Virus record (IMG/VR): IMGVR_UViG_3300025000_000055
Reading direction: 5' to 3' (one strand)
DNA: 64,000 nucleotides
Origin: a virus
Lineage: Duplodnaviria; Caudoviricetes
Positions 50,441-60,071 of the stretch are shown in pieces. The notes beneath the pieces are model-generated. The model ran no database searches and was not told the origin of the DNA. It saw nothing but the letters and a program-made list of their open reading frames with translations. The translations under genes and the position numbers were made by a program. Numbering within the stretch: the stretch's first letter is position 1; every line of letters starts with the position of its first letter.

Positions 50441-51109
50441 TTAACAAATCGCCTTTACTATAATTTTAATAAGGTCTTTCTTTTTATCATGTTTATCAAC
50501 TTTCATCAAGTTTGTTTTACAATATTTATATAGTTCTTCCCTTTCCATTGATTTTAATCTCTTAATAAGTTTATCCTTATTTACATCTGGTGACATTATA
50601 TCAGATGGTTTTAACTTATTGACAATATCCGTTAAATTATTGATAACCTGTTCTTTGTTTGGTATCTTAGTAACTTTATTCACATCTTTCTTTAACTTCT
50701 TATATGAATATGTTTTCAACTTATACTCATTCTCAATGAATTCACATAACATTTTAAGATATCCAAATTCATCTTCTGACTTTGAACATAATAAAATAAC
50801 ATTCATATTACTAAGAGCACCCTTAACAATAGTTGAAACCAATAAATTATTGTCATCTTTTTTAAGATACTCATAGTATTTCTTTTTATAAGTTTTTGTC
50901 ATACCATCATTAATAGATAATGACGCAACATGAGGTGGGGGTATTAATGCTTTAATAGCCATTACATTAGAATACTTTCCTTTCTTTCCTTTAGTTGTAA
51001 CATTATGTGATAATAATAAAAATTGAAATTTATTTGGGTCAAAATTTTTTAAAAAATCCCCAATAAATTCTTTTGAATTAATTCTAACTATACAACCCAT
51101 GTTCCACAC
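50441..51109 (-). CDS. Hypothetical protein
   Basis: ORF coupled to the kinase-like gene. Confidence 0.65.
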   Translation of the reverse strand: MWNMGCIVRINSKEFIGDFLKNFDPNKFQFLLLSHNVTTKGKKGKYSNVMAIKALIPPPHVASLSINDGMTKTYKKKYYEYLKKDDNNLLVSTIVKGALSNMNVILLCSKSEDEFGYLKMLCEFIENEYKLKTYSYKKLKKDVNKVTKIPNKEQVINNLTDIVNKLKPSDIMSPDVNKDKLIKRLKSMEREELYKYCKTNLMKVDKHDKKKDLIKIIVKAIC

Positions 51110-51114
51110 TCCTT

Positions 51115-52824
51115 TTAGTCATTATTAGTTAATCCCAGTTCCTCTTTTAATTTTTTCATTTCTTCACTTTCATCAGAATCATTTTCTTCAGTTGATTCTA
51201 TTTTATCTGTTAAAATAGTTACACCATTGCCTAAATCATGAACAGATAATGAAGTAAATTCACATCCTCCATTTGATTCATCTACAGAGGATAAATTTTC
51301 ATTATCATGTCGATTAGGTATTGTGCTACCATGTTCAGTAGGATTAAAAACAGTAATAGATAATGAGTCATTATCGCATTGGTATGTTGTCTCATCAGTC
51401 ACTGATACTCCTACATTTCTACCTTCATATGCTTTTTCTAAATCATCTTTTTTATCAATGTTATAAGGATAATCAGATAAAATATCAATATCAACAATTA
51501 CCCTTGAAATTGGTTCTTTATAAATATAACTAAGCTTCTCATTATCATCATGAGGAACAATATTTTTTACTGTTTCTTGAAGATATGTTTTAAGGTTTCT
51601 TAATACTTCTAATTGTTCTTCAGTTAAGATAGCTAGAATGTTATTATCTGTAAAAATTTCATCTTTACGTACATTAACATTAGATTGATTTAAATATTCC
51701 ATCTCGTCTTCACTTAAGTTATTTCTTAATATTTCTAGATACTTATTTTTAGCTTTAATTGAAATAAAGAATAATTCATCAACTGGTACTTTCAAATATT
51801 CTAATAAAATTAATTCCTCTTCTGTAAAATCATCAGCATAATTTTTCATATTACACTCTGCTGTGTCTTTTTTCATGTCAGACCAAGAATTTTCCTGCCT
51901 TTTATCAATAACATCTATTGGGGATAAAATATTTTCAATTTTTATTACTGCGGGTTCATTCATATTACCTTTAATAAGTGGAATAGAATCTAGTGCTTCC
52001 AAATATTTATCATTAGCCTCATCGTAATCAAAATTATGAATATCTTTTTTCATGTTAGTTTCCTCCTTTTGTATATTAGATATAACTTCCTCTTTAGAGT
52101 CACTTTCTACTTCCATTAGAGGTTTAGTTAATTTATATGCCATTTGTTTGGCAATATAATTTTCATTTCTTTCAATTTCCATTGAAATTTTCTTTCTTAA
52201 ATCAATGAATGTGTATTTCTTATTACATTTAGGACATTTTAAATCATGAAAATTATTGTCATAATCAACAAATTGGTTACAAACGGAACATAATAATTCA
52301 TCCCCATTTATACGATAAATATAGGCAAAATCTAGTATTACTAAGTCACCATTATCTCTATACCCCCAATTTAAATAATTTCTAGGTACTGTTCCAACAT
52401 CTCCTAATAAATAGGATTCTGCTAAAATTGATAAAATTGATTGAAGATTTCCTTTTTGTTCTATGAATTCTTCTTTACTTATAACAGTAATATACTCACA
52501 TGCCAATATAAGTTCATTAGTTTCATATACTTTAATTACATAAGGTTGTAATTCATCTGACATTGTGAACTCATTTAAATTATCCTGAATACCCCATTTA
52601 TCTAATGCTATTTTAAAGACATAGTTATCTATTAAAATAGCAAAACGATTGGTTCCTGGTCCTAATTCAACATAATCTAATTTATGTTTATTTAATACTT
52701 CAATCATTATATTAGTTTTTTGATTATTATCAGATATCTTAACCGATTTACACACATTATATAAATCTACTAATAATTGTTTGTTAAAGTATTCCAATAT
52801 TCTACTTCGAATTATTTTTTTCAT
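51115..52824 (-). CDS. Protein-kinase-like protein with zinc ribbon and acidic C-terminal region
   Basis: LGPGTNR (Gly loop), VFKIA, DNLNE, GDVG...NWG, VILDFAY; CSVC..CPKC. Confidence 0.7.
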   Translation of the reverse strand: MKKIIRSRILEYFNKQLLVDLYNVCKSVKISDNNQKTNIMIEVLNKHKLDYVELGPGTNRFAILIDNYVFKIALDKWGIQDNLNEFTMSDELQPYVIKVYETNELILACEYITVISKEEFIEQKGNLQSILSILAESYLLGDVGTVPRNYLNWGYRDNGDLVILDFAYIYRINGDELLCSVCNQFVDYDNNFHDLKCPKCNKKYTFIDLRKKISMEIERNENYIAKQMAYKLTKPLMEVESDSKEEVISNIQKEETNMKKDIHNFDYDEANDKYLEALDSIPLIKGNMNEPAVIKIENILSPIDVIDKRQENSWSDMKKDTAECNMKNYADDFTEEELILLEYLKVPVDELFFISIKAKNKYLEILRNNLSEDEMEYLNQSNVNVRKDEIFTDNNILAILTEEQLEVLRNLKTYLQETVKNIVPHDDNEKLSYIYKEPISRVIVDIDILSDYPYNIDKKDDLEKAYEGRNVGVSVTDETTYQCDNDSLSITVFNPTEHGSTIPNRHDNENLSSVDESNGGCEFTSLSVHDLGNGVTILTDKIESTEENDSDESEEMKKLKEELGLTNND

Positions 52825-52869
52825 AATAACAAATCCTTTCGTTATTTTAATAAAATTTAAAGGTTCGAT

Positions 52870-53808
52870 TTAATCATTCAAACCTAAATTACCTGATGTA
52901 AAATTTAACATATCTTCTTGAAAGTCTTCAAAACTATTATAATTATTATCAGTTACAACTCTTGTCATAAAATTATCATTTTTTTTATTTTTCTTTTTTC
53001 TTTTTTTATTTTCTCTGTCTTTTATCAATTTTGTAGCCCTTTTACTAACACCTTTCTCTTTCATAAGTTTAATAGAATTCCAGCCCATATCATTAAGATT
53101 TTGATAAACTCTTAATTCTTCAGCTGTGTCTCTAGTAACAAACCTTCCATTATAATGAATGACCTCATCCTGTTTAGTAGTATCTTGTATTTTATCAAAA
53201 TAATTACCATTCATTAATTCATTCAGTTTAGGAATATATTCTTTTTGTTTAGACTGTTTAATTTTTTCTTTACTTTCAAAGAACTCAGCTAATAAATCTA
53301 TGTTATGTATCGACTTTAATTTTTTATCTGGAATTGCTGTAACAGCACCATCTTTAATAATTTCTAAAACAACCTTATCGGTTATTTTAGAAGATTTAAA
53401 TTCTTGTATCTCATCATTATTAATTAATAATAACTTATCAATAATTTCTTCATCAGGATAAAGATGTTTAGTTCTACTTAGAATAATCTTATTCTTTATT
53501 AAAAATTTATTGATAACATTGTTTCTCATTCTTGGTTTAGCTGGAATAAATTCATTAATCATATCATTTCTTATTTTAATCTTTAATATTTCTATACCAC
53601 CATGTTTTTTAGCTAATTTATCCATATATTCATCATAAACCATCAAACCTACCATATAGTCATTTATGTTTTTATATCTTCTCCTAATCTTTTTAGCGGA
53701 TTTTTCTAGTTCCGTAGAAGGTTCTTCAGAACCTCTATGATAATTATCACCAAAGTCATTTACATAAACTTCAAATAAAAATTCATTTTTATTAATTGAA
53801 ACTTCCAT
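52870..53808 (-). CDS. Hypothetical protein (312 aa)
   Basis: ORF after an early-type promoter. Confidence 0.7.
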   Translation of the reverse strand: MEVSINKNEFLFEVYVNDFGDNYHRGSEEPSTELEKSAKKIRRRYKNINDYMVGLMVYDEYMDKLAKKHGGIEILKIKIRNDMINEFIPAKPRMRNNVINKFLIKNKIILSRTKHLYPDEEIIDKLLLINNDEIQEFKSSKITDKVVLEIIKDGAVTAIPDKKLKSIHNIDLLAEFFESKEKIKQSKQKEYIPKLNELMNGNYFDKIQDTTKQDEVIHYNGRFVTRDTAEELRVYQNLNDMGWNSIKLMKEKGVSKRATKLIKDRENKKRKKKNKKNDNFMTRVVTDNNYNSFEDFQEDMLNFTSGNLGLND

Positions 53809-53846
53809 CTAACCCTCACACTCCCAAATATTTCTTATTTATAATA

Positions 53847-53858
53847 ATAATATATATT
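53847..53858 (-). promoter_or_regulatory. Early-type promoter AATATATATTAT
   Basis: Exact motif. Confidence 0.6.
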
Positions 53859-53925
53859 TTAATAATTAGATTATTAAATTAGCATTAGAGTTTAATTCTT
53901 AACTCTAATGCTAATTTAAATAAAA

Positions 53926-54903
53926 CTATATCATCTTAGGTGCATATTGATTTTTAAAAGTTAAAATATTATCTATAACTAATTTAACCCATGTATCTAA
54001 ATTAGGTTTATTTAGTAAGTCATCACTAATTTCTAGTACAACCAACTTATGTTTTTCCGGTTCACCAGTTTGAATCTTATTTATAATATCATTAATATCA
54101 GTAACTTGTATATGATATATTAAACCAAAATGTTCACTTTCAGTTAGTGTCATGTATCCATTATATGTAAAGCTTGGTAATAATGGTATTGGTAAATAGA
54201 TATCATCTTTTAATATTAATTCTTCTTCTATCTCCCGCATAAGATTTTCTCTTAATATTGTAAATTGATTTTTAAGATAGCATGAACGCGTAAATTTAAC
54301 ATGACCTTGAATCATAGTTATTTTACTTTTCATTTTTCCATCAAGTGATTCTAAAAGAAGAATGTTTTTATTATCAGTTATATAACACGCTACTACTAAT
54401 TGTTTATAAAGTAAGTCATATTCAGCTTTAAATCTAGGAATAAAAATAAAATCATCGTCTTCTAAAAAAGTTTTATCATTTTTAAATAAAGGTTTATTTT
54501 CATTAGAAAATACTTTAGTTACAATATTCATATCCTCATCATACTCTTTTGATTGAAGTGAAAGACCATTATGTGGATGAACTAAGCCGACTAAAGAGTT
54601 CATTCTTCTTATTTCATCATATTCAATATAATTTTTATTATCATTCATAGCTTTTATATTAAATTTACTAGGTATACAAACTAATTGTTCTAAATTTTTA
54701 GAATCATTATATAAATGAGCTTCAATAGAATTTTTTATTCTTTTATAGTCATCTGACTTTATTGGATAATTAAATAAATCTTCTGCAAGATATTGTAAGT
54801 TCCCTCTCACCTCATATAACACTCCCTCATATTTTTTATTATTTAGGTGTTCCTTCTTGATTAATTTTATACTTTTTATAAGCTTCTTTAATAGCTCTAT
54901 CAC
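53926..54903 (-). CDS. Nudix-fold hydrolase with N-terminal extension
   Basis: YKQLVVAC, QGHV, LRENLMREIEEEL (Nudix box), EHFGLIY. Confidence 0.65.
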   Translation of the reverse strand: MIELLKKLIKSIKLIKKEHLNNKKYEGVLYEVRGNLQYLAEDLFNYPIKSDDYKRIKNSIEAHLYNDSKNLEQLVCIPSKFNIKAMNDNKNYIEYDEIRRMNSLVGLVHPHNGLSLQSKEYDEDMNIVTKVFSNENKPLFKNDKTFLEDDDFIFIPRFKAEYDLLYKQLVVACYITDNKNILLLESLDGKMKSKITMIQGHVKFTRSCYLKNQFTILRENLMREIEEELILKDDIYLPIPLLPSFTYNGYMTLTESEHFGLIYHIQVTDINDIINKIQTGEPEKHKLVVLEISDDLLNKPNLDTWVKLVIDNILTFKNQYAPKMI

Positions 54904-55426
54904 ACTCTTTATTATTTAAATATGCTCCTAAAAAATCTTCATAACTAATATCACATTTATTAAATTTATTAAAATACTTATGCTGTTGATATGTTTTATA
55001 TAAAGGCATATGTGAATTAATATGAAATATTCTTACTTTTTTTAACTTATTTAATAATTTAAAAGCTTTAATAATATATTCTTGATTAGCCACTATAGTT
55101 AGCTTTGATGTATATAACACTCCTTCAACAGAAGTTTTTAACCAATTATATATCCATTCTGTTAATGATTTTACACATAATAAAGAATCAGTATATAGTT
55201 CAATTGTATAATTATCAATTTTACTTACAGAGATATATTCATTTACTAATTCTAAAGATTTTTGTATAGAGTAAATTTCAGCAAAATTATTAGTTTTATC
55301 TTCAACAATTATTTCATCCTTAAGTAATAACTCATCATCTTTAAATATTCTATATGAAGAAACCGCTGTAAATTTCTTATTGCTCTTTTTAAATCCACCA
55401 CCATCTGTAAATATTCTTATTTTCAT
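54839..55426 (-). CDS. rnhA: Ribonuclease HI
   Basis: IFTDGG, TNNFAEIY, YTDSLLC, HINSH, N..CD. Confidence 0.85.
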   Translation of the reverse strand: MKIRIFTDGGGFKKSNKKFTAVSSYRIFKDDELLLKDEIIVEDKTNNFAEIYSIQKSLELVNEYISVSKIDNYTIELYTDSLLCVKSLTEWIYNWLKTSVEGVLYTSKLTIVANQEYIIKAFKLLNKLKKVRIFHINSHMPLYKTYQQHKYFNKFNKCDISYEDFLGAYLNNKECDRAIKEAYKKYKINQEGTPK

Positions 55427-55600
55427 TTTTACACCCCCTCATATTTTTTTTACATTTTATTTATATTTTTTTAAACAAATATATAATGGGATTGTGGAAA
55501 CAAAACCACATACTTTCATTACATCCTTACCTCCTTTATTTATATATTTCCTTACTAGAAGAAACGGGCTCTTCTAGTAAGGAAACTATCTTATCGTTGT

Positions 55601-56263
55601 TTATGAAGCATCTTCAATAATTTGTGGAAAGGTAAATCCTTTTATTTCAAGATAAATATATTTTTTCTCTAAAATACTCATATCAGGTTCACTAAGTTCT
55701 TTAGATATTTTAAATTTAGCTTCAAGTAATGATAATAAATCTTTAGATATATACTTTTCATATTCTTCAATAAAAGATACAAAATTACCAAATAGATTTT
55801 GTAAAGGTATAAATAATTTACCGTTATGAACTAATTCATGAACTGTAACACATAACGGTATTAAACCTACAGTATTTTTATAATGAAGTAGTACAACCTC
55901 TTCAGCTATTAATAAAGGGATTATATCTTTTTCCTCATTAACCCATTTATCTAAAACTATTTGTGTTAAATCAAATAAAGTAAATGGCTCATGATGAATC
56001 TCAATAGAAATTTTTTTGGTATTCTTATTATTAATATTGTTAAAAAAAGAACATAAAGTCATATCAATTTCATCTCTTAAGTATTGTATATATTGTTTAT
56101 ATTCCATCGAGCTTCGAACTATTCTTTCAATAGTTTTTATAAGCTTAATTTTATCCTTCTCATTCATAATAATAACATTACGAGTTGTTGTCGGTATTTC
56201 ATTTATTTTTACATATTCAATTTTATTCTTATTTTCATAATTATCAATTTTAGGCATTCTCAT
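55601..56263 (-). CDS. HNH-like fold protein, paralog B
   Basis: IEIHHEPFTLFD ... PLCVTVHELVH. Confidence 0.6.
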   Translation of the reverse strand: MRMPKIDNYENKNKIEYVKINEIPTTTRNVIIMNEKDKIKLIKTIERIVRSSMEYKQYIQYLRDEIDMTLCSFFNNINNKNTKKISIEIHHEPFTLFDLTQIVLDKWVNEEKDIIPLLIAEEVVLLHYKNTVGLIPLCVTVHELVHNGKLFIPLQNLFGNFVSFIEEYEKYISKDLLSLLEAKFKISKELSEPDMSILEKKYIYLEIKGFTFPQIIEDAS

Positions 56264-56335
56264 TTTTTATCACTCTCCATTTCTTATATTTTCTTTATTT
56301 AATTGTTGAAAATAAGAAATAAGAGTGATAAAATA

Positions 56336-56818
56336 TTAATATCGTCTTTCAATAAATTCCATTATCATTTTTTCTCTATCTAAATAAGAAAATTCACTTT
56401 CTTCTATTCCGTAATCTTCATCCATTATTATCTTGAGTATATTCATAAATTTTTTAATAGTTTTTTTAACTTTATGTCTTTCATTATCACTAAGATTAAA
56501 AAATTTAATAATTTCTTTCAAATCAATAATAGAAATTTCTAAATCTATTAAAAACTGATGAAATGATTCAGCAAATGCGGTTTCTTCATATTCAAAAACA
56601 GGAATATTATCATCGAAGCATATAAGTTCATATGATGAAAAATTACTTAATTCTTCAATACATGATCTATGTAATTTATTTTTTTTAACTTTTTTTATCT
56701 TATAATGTTTTTTACCCCTTTTCTCTAAAAATAAGTCTACTAATTTTTTTTTATCACTATGACCTAAAAACATTCCTGATTTTTTATTAAGAAAAAAATA
56801 TATAAACATATTAATCAC
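56336..56818 (-). CDS. Hypothetical protein
   Basis: ORF; weak similarity by eye to 62516-62980. Confidence 0.65.
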   Translation of the reverse strand: MINMFIYFFLNKKSGMFLGHSDKKKLVDLFLEKRGKKHYKIKKVKKNKLHRSCIEELSNFSSYELICFDDNIPVFEYEETAFAESFHQFLIDLEISIIDLKEIIKFFNLSDNERHKVKKTIKKFMNILKIIMDEDYGIEESEFSYLDREKMIMEFIERRY

Positions 56819-57060
56819 TTCTTTCCAACCTTTAACTTATTTTTATCTTCTTTTAATATTTTTTTAACTTTTAAATATTTATTTATGTCTTTAATAGATT
56901 TACTTTTTTTCATACCTTTAGTATGTTTATTAATTATATCAATTAACTCTTTATCCTGAAATTCATCATTAAAAAATTTAGTGAAATATTTAAATCTTTC
57001 ACATACACCATCTACTTTATCAACAAATTCATCTATAATAATACTTTTATTATCAATCAT
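56815..57060 (-). CDS. Hypothetical protein
   Basis: ORF with RBS; overlaps the next gene by 4 bp. Confidence 0.6.
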   Translation of the reverse strand: MIDNKSIIIDEFVDKVDGVCERFKYFTKFFNDEFQDKELIDIINKHTKGMKKSKSIKDINKYLKVKKILKEDKNKLKVGKK

Positions 57061-57130
57061 AGGCCCTCATCTCCCATACTAAAAATATAATAAAGGTGTA
57101 AAGTATTTTTACTTTACACCTTTATTATAT

Positions 57131-58096
57131 TTAACTATTTAAATATTCTTGTAATATACCAATTATACTGGTAAAAACTTTATCATTTTTTATTATAAAT
57201 CCGGCAGCTTTAGCATGTCCTCCACCACCAAAATGTTTCTCAGCCCATTTACCTAAATGGACATCATTTTCATTACTCCTTAAATCAACCTTACCCGATG
57301 TTAAATCAATCATTAGTGCAACATCAATTTCAGGATATTTTTCACATATTTTATTACCTAAAATACTAATAAAATCTGTAAATGAATTAATAAATACAAT
57401 ACCGGCCACATACCCTTTAATTTCAGCTATATGAACTTTTTCTAATTTCTTTTCAATAAATATTTCTTCTTTCTGTTTTATTCTATTTACTAGTATTTGT
57501 AATTCTGGATCAATCAAATCTTCCTGGTTTTTAATACTAACCTTCATACTATTTTTAAAGAGTTCTAATCCTAACAAACTACACGCTATACTTAAATCAT
57601 AGGCTTCAAAATTATTCTTTTTATACCATCTATAAGTATCATATTCAGTTACAAGGTAAATAAATTTATGCAATTTCCAATAAGTTCTACTGAATAATAC
57701 ACTATCAATCATATTTTTTTTATAATATTCCCCTATCAATTCAGTCCCTGATGTTAATATACCAACCCTTTCACTTATTACTTCGGCCCAGGAATAACGA
57801 TTTAAAAACTTGTTTGTATCGTGGTGATCTCTTAAAACTATTTCAAAGTCAGGTCTATTACTTATGTATAAATCTATAAGTTTAGCTGTTTCTAATGGAA
57901 CACCCATATCAGTAATAATTAATTTATCGAATTTATCAGCATGATTATTTAAAAAATCCTGAACTATTGTTCCTATTTTGAGTCTATCTACAAATCTAGT
58001 ATACACTTTATTACCTAGTGCTTCTTCAAATATTTCAATAACTACACCACAACCAGCACCATCTAGATCCCTATCAGTAAAAGATTGAACATTCAT
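57131..58096 (-). CDS. DHH/DHHA1 phosphoesterase (oligoribonuclease NrnB-like)
   Basis: DRDLDGAGC, TD, DHH, YD, GGGHAKAAG. Confidence 0.85.
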   Translation of the reverse strand: MNVQSFTDRDLDGAGCGVVIEIFEEALGNKVYTRFVDRLKIGTIVQDFLNNHADKFDKLIITDMGVPLETAKLIDLYISNRPDFEIVLRDHHDTNKFLNRYSWAEVISERVGILTSGTELIGEYYKKNMIDSVLFSRTYWKLHKFIYLVTEYDTYRWYKKNNFEAYDLSIACSLLGLELFKNSMKVSIKNQEDLIDPELQILVNRIKQKEEIFIEKKLEKVHIAEIKGYVAGIVFINSFTDFISILGNKICEKYPEIDVALMIDLTSGKVDLRSNENDVHLGKWAEKHFGGGGHAKAAGFIIKNDKVFTSIIGILQEYLNS

Positions 58097-58192
58097 TATT
58101 CAACATCTCCCTATAATTATATTTTTTATCCTTATTTGAATAATATATAAATGAAGAAGATGAAGATTTTATTCTCCATCTTCTTTATAAAA

Positions 58193-58660
58193 TTATTCAC
58201 TTGTTGTTTCGTCTGTTTGAGTTTGAAGTATTGTAACTCCTTCGAGTAATACATTATTAAATTTTTCTTTAACAATGAAGTTTTGAATATTAATATATAT
58301 CCAATCCTCAACATCACCGTATATCATTGATAACTGTTCCTTTGTATTTTCTGATAAAGTATTTAAAACAGTTTCAATTGCACCTGTGGTAATATCATTA
58401 ATTTCCTCTTCTGTTAATTTTCCATCCGAAGCGGCAACTTTTAATTTACCAACAGTAGTTTGGTTTAAAGAAATTACAACCTTGCGAATTATATCTAAGG
58501 CGTTGTCAATATATTTATTAACTTTTTCATTTTTAACACTGTCTTTAACATTATTAATTTTTATATTCATAAATGAAGATAGTTGTGCTCCCAATACTGT
58601 AATAAGAATAGATATAATACCTAAAATTAATTGTGTGATTGAGACATTGTTTACTTCCAT
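58193..58660 (-). CDS. Holin, LL-H-like family
   Basis: N-terminal TM helix; V..LNQT.V..LK....DGKLT.EE pattern typical of Firmicute-phage holins. Confidence 0.6.
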   Translation of the reverse strand: MEVNNVSITQLILGIISILITVLGAQLSSFMNIKINNVKDSVKNEKVNKYIDNALDIIRKVVISLNQTTVGKLKVAASDGKLTEEEINDITTGAIETVLNTLSENTKEQLSMIYGDVEDWIYINIQNFIVKEKFNNVLLEGVTILQTQTDETTSE

Positions 58661-58699
58661 AATAATAAACCCCCTTTTTATTTTTTAATTAGTTGTTTA

Positions 58700-60031
58700 T
58701 TATATATTTTTAAATTTATTTTTTACTTCTTCCATTTTACCACATGTTAAACTACCTTCTTTACATTTACCTTTGACACATGGGGGTTCAGCCTCTTCGA
58801 ATAATAGCTTTGATATTTTTTTCAATTCAATAACTTTCTTAGTTGAATTTTCTCTTATTTCTGTTGCAGCTGTCATACATAACCTATCTTTTAACATTTC
58901 AACATCATCTCTTGCATTATTACTGATAAAATATTTTATCATATCACAATTAAGTAGCATTGATAGAGGTAAATCTTTACCATATTTGATATACATATCA
59001 ATTCTAAATTTTTGTATGTCGTAAATTAATTGTTTATATGAATCAATAAAAATAGAATTTCTTATTGATTCAGGAATATAAAATTCTCTATTGATATTAT
59101 CAAGAATGATGTTTAATAAATCTTCCCTTACTATAGTAGGAATTCTATGTCTTATTTGTTGATGATATGATGATAAACTACATGACAATAAGAAAGAACT
59201 TCTACAATGTTCAGCTATACCTTTATGACCATATCCAAGAACCCTATCTATAACTTTTACTAATTCATCTTGATTATTTTCATATTTATCTGCAAATGCT
59301 TCAGTTGGTGATTGTTGTGTGCTTGTAAGTGCTGCTAATCCAACATTTTCATTAGCATGTAAGGAAAATGATGAATTTAATGATACACAATCACCTGTTG
59401 TAGTAATATTATTAAAAAGGTATGTTTTATATCCATCTAATATATTAGAATCATATGTTGTTTCTCTTTTAAAATCTTCAATTGTTAGTCCAAAAAGGTT
59501 TAATAAAACTTTTTTTATTATTAAATTAATAAGCTCATCATTAATATGTTTATACTCAGCAAGATAAAATAACATATCAATTAATTTATCTCCAGTTAAA
59601 GATATACTAATATTTGTCTTAGTTGCTAAAGGTAAACTATATCGAGCATCTTCAAAAGTAATACCATGTTTAAAATCTTCCACTTTAGGTCTACCTTTAC
59701 AACCTTCTTTAACTTCACTCATTTTTGAATATAAACTAAAACACTCTTCTATTAAAAAATGCGCCTTATTAGTATCTTCTTCATCAAATCCTTTTAGTTT
59801 ATTATATGCATCTGAATTCATTTGAACATATCTTTGACTTTGTTGAACATATGAATCTTTACACTCACAAATTAATGTACTTTGTACTCTATTAATCCCT
59901 TCTAATATAAAAAAAATATTTGTGAATTTTAATAACTCACGTAATTCACTCATACAAGGTTTAATATTATTATCACTTATTAATTCTTTAATAGTTAATA
60001 ATCCATCTGTATTTACAACTGTTACTTCCAT
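58700..60031 (-). CDS. thyX: FAD-dependent thymidylate synthase, tandem two-domain form
   Basis: Domain 1 SYVQQSQRYV and EDARYSLP; domain 2 GHKGIAEH, QQIRHR, RLC..A..EIR. Confidence 0.8.
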   Translation of the reverse strand: MEVTVVNTDGLLTIKELISDNNIKPCMSELRELLKFTNIFFILEGINRVQSTLICECKDSYVQQSQRYVQMNSDAYNKLKGFDEEDTNKAHFLIEECFSLYSKMSEVKEGCKGRPKVEDFKHGITFEDARYSLPLATKTNISISLTGDKLIDMLFYLAEYKHINDELINLIIKKVLLNLFGLTIEDFKRETTYDSNILDGYKTYLFNNITTTGDCVSLNSSFSLHANENVGLAALTSTQQSPTEAFADKYENNQDELVKVIDRVLGYGHKGIAEHCRSSFLLSCSLSSYHQQIRHRIPTIVREDLLNIILDNINREFYIPESIRNSIFIDSYKQLIYDIQKFRIDMYIKYGKDLPLSMLLNCDMIKYFISNNARDDVEMLKDRLCMTAATEIRENSTKKVIELKKISKLLFEEAEPPCVKGKCKEGSLTCGKMEEVKNKFKNI

Positions 60032-60071
60032 TTTCTCATTACCCCTTTTATTTTTTATTTTAACTATTTAA

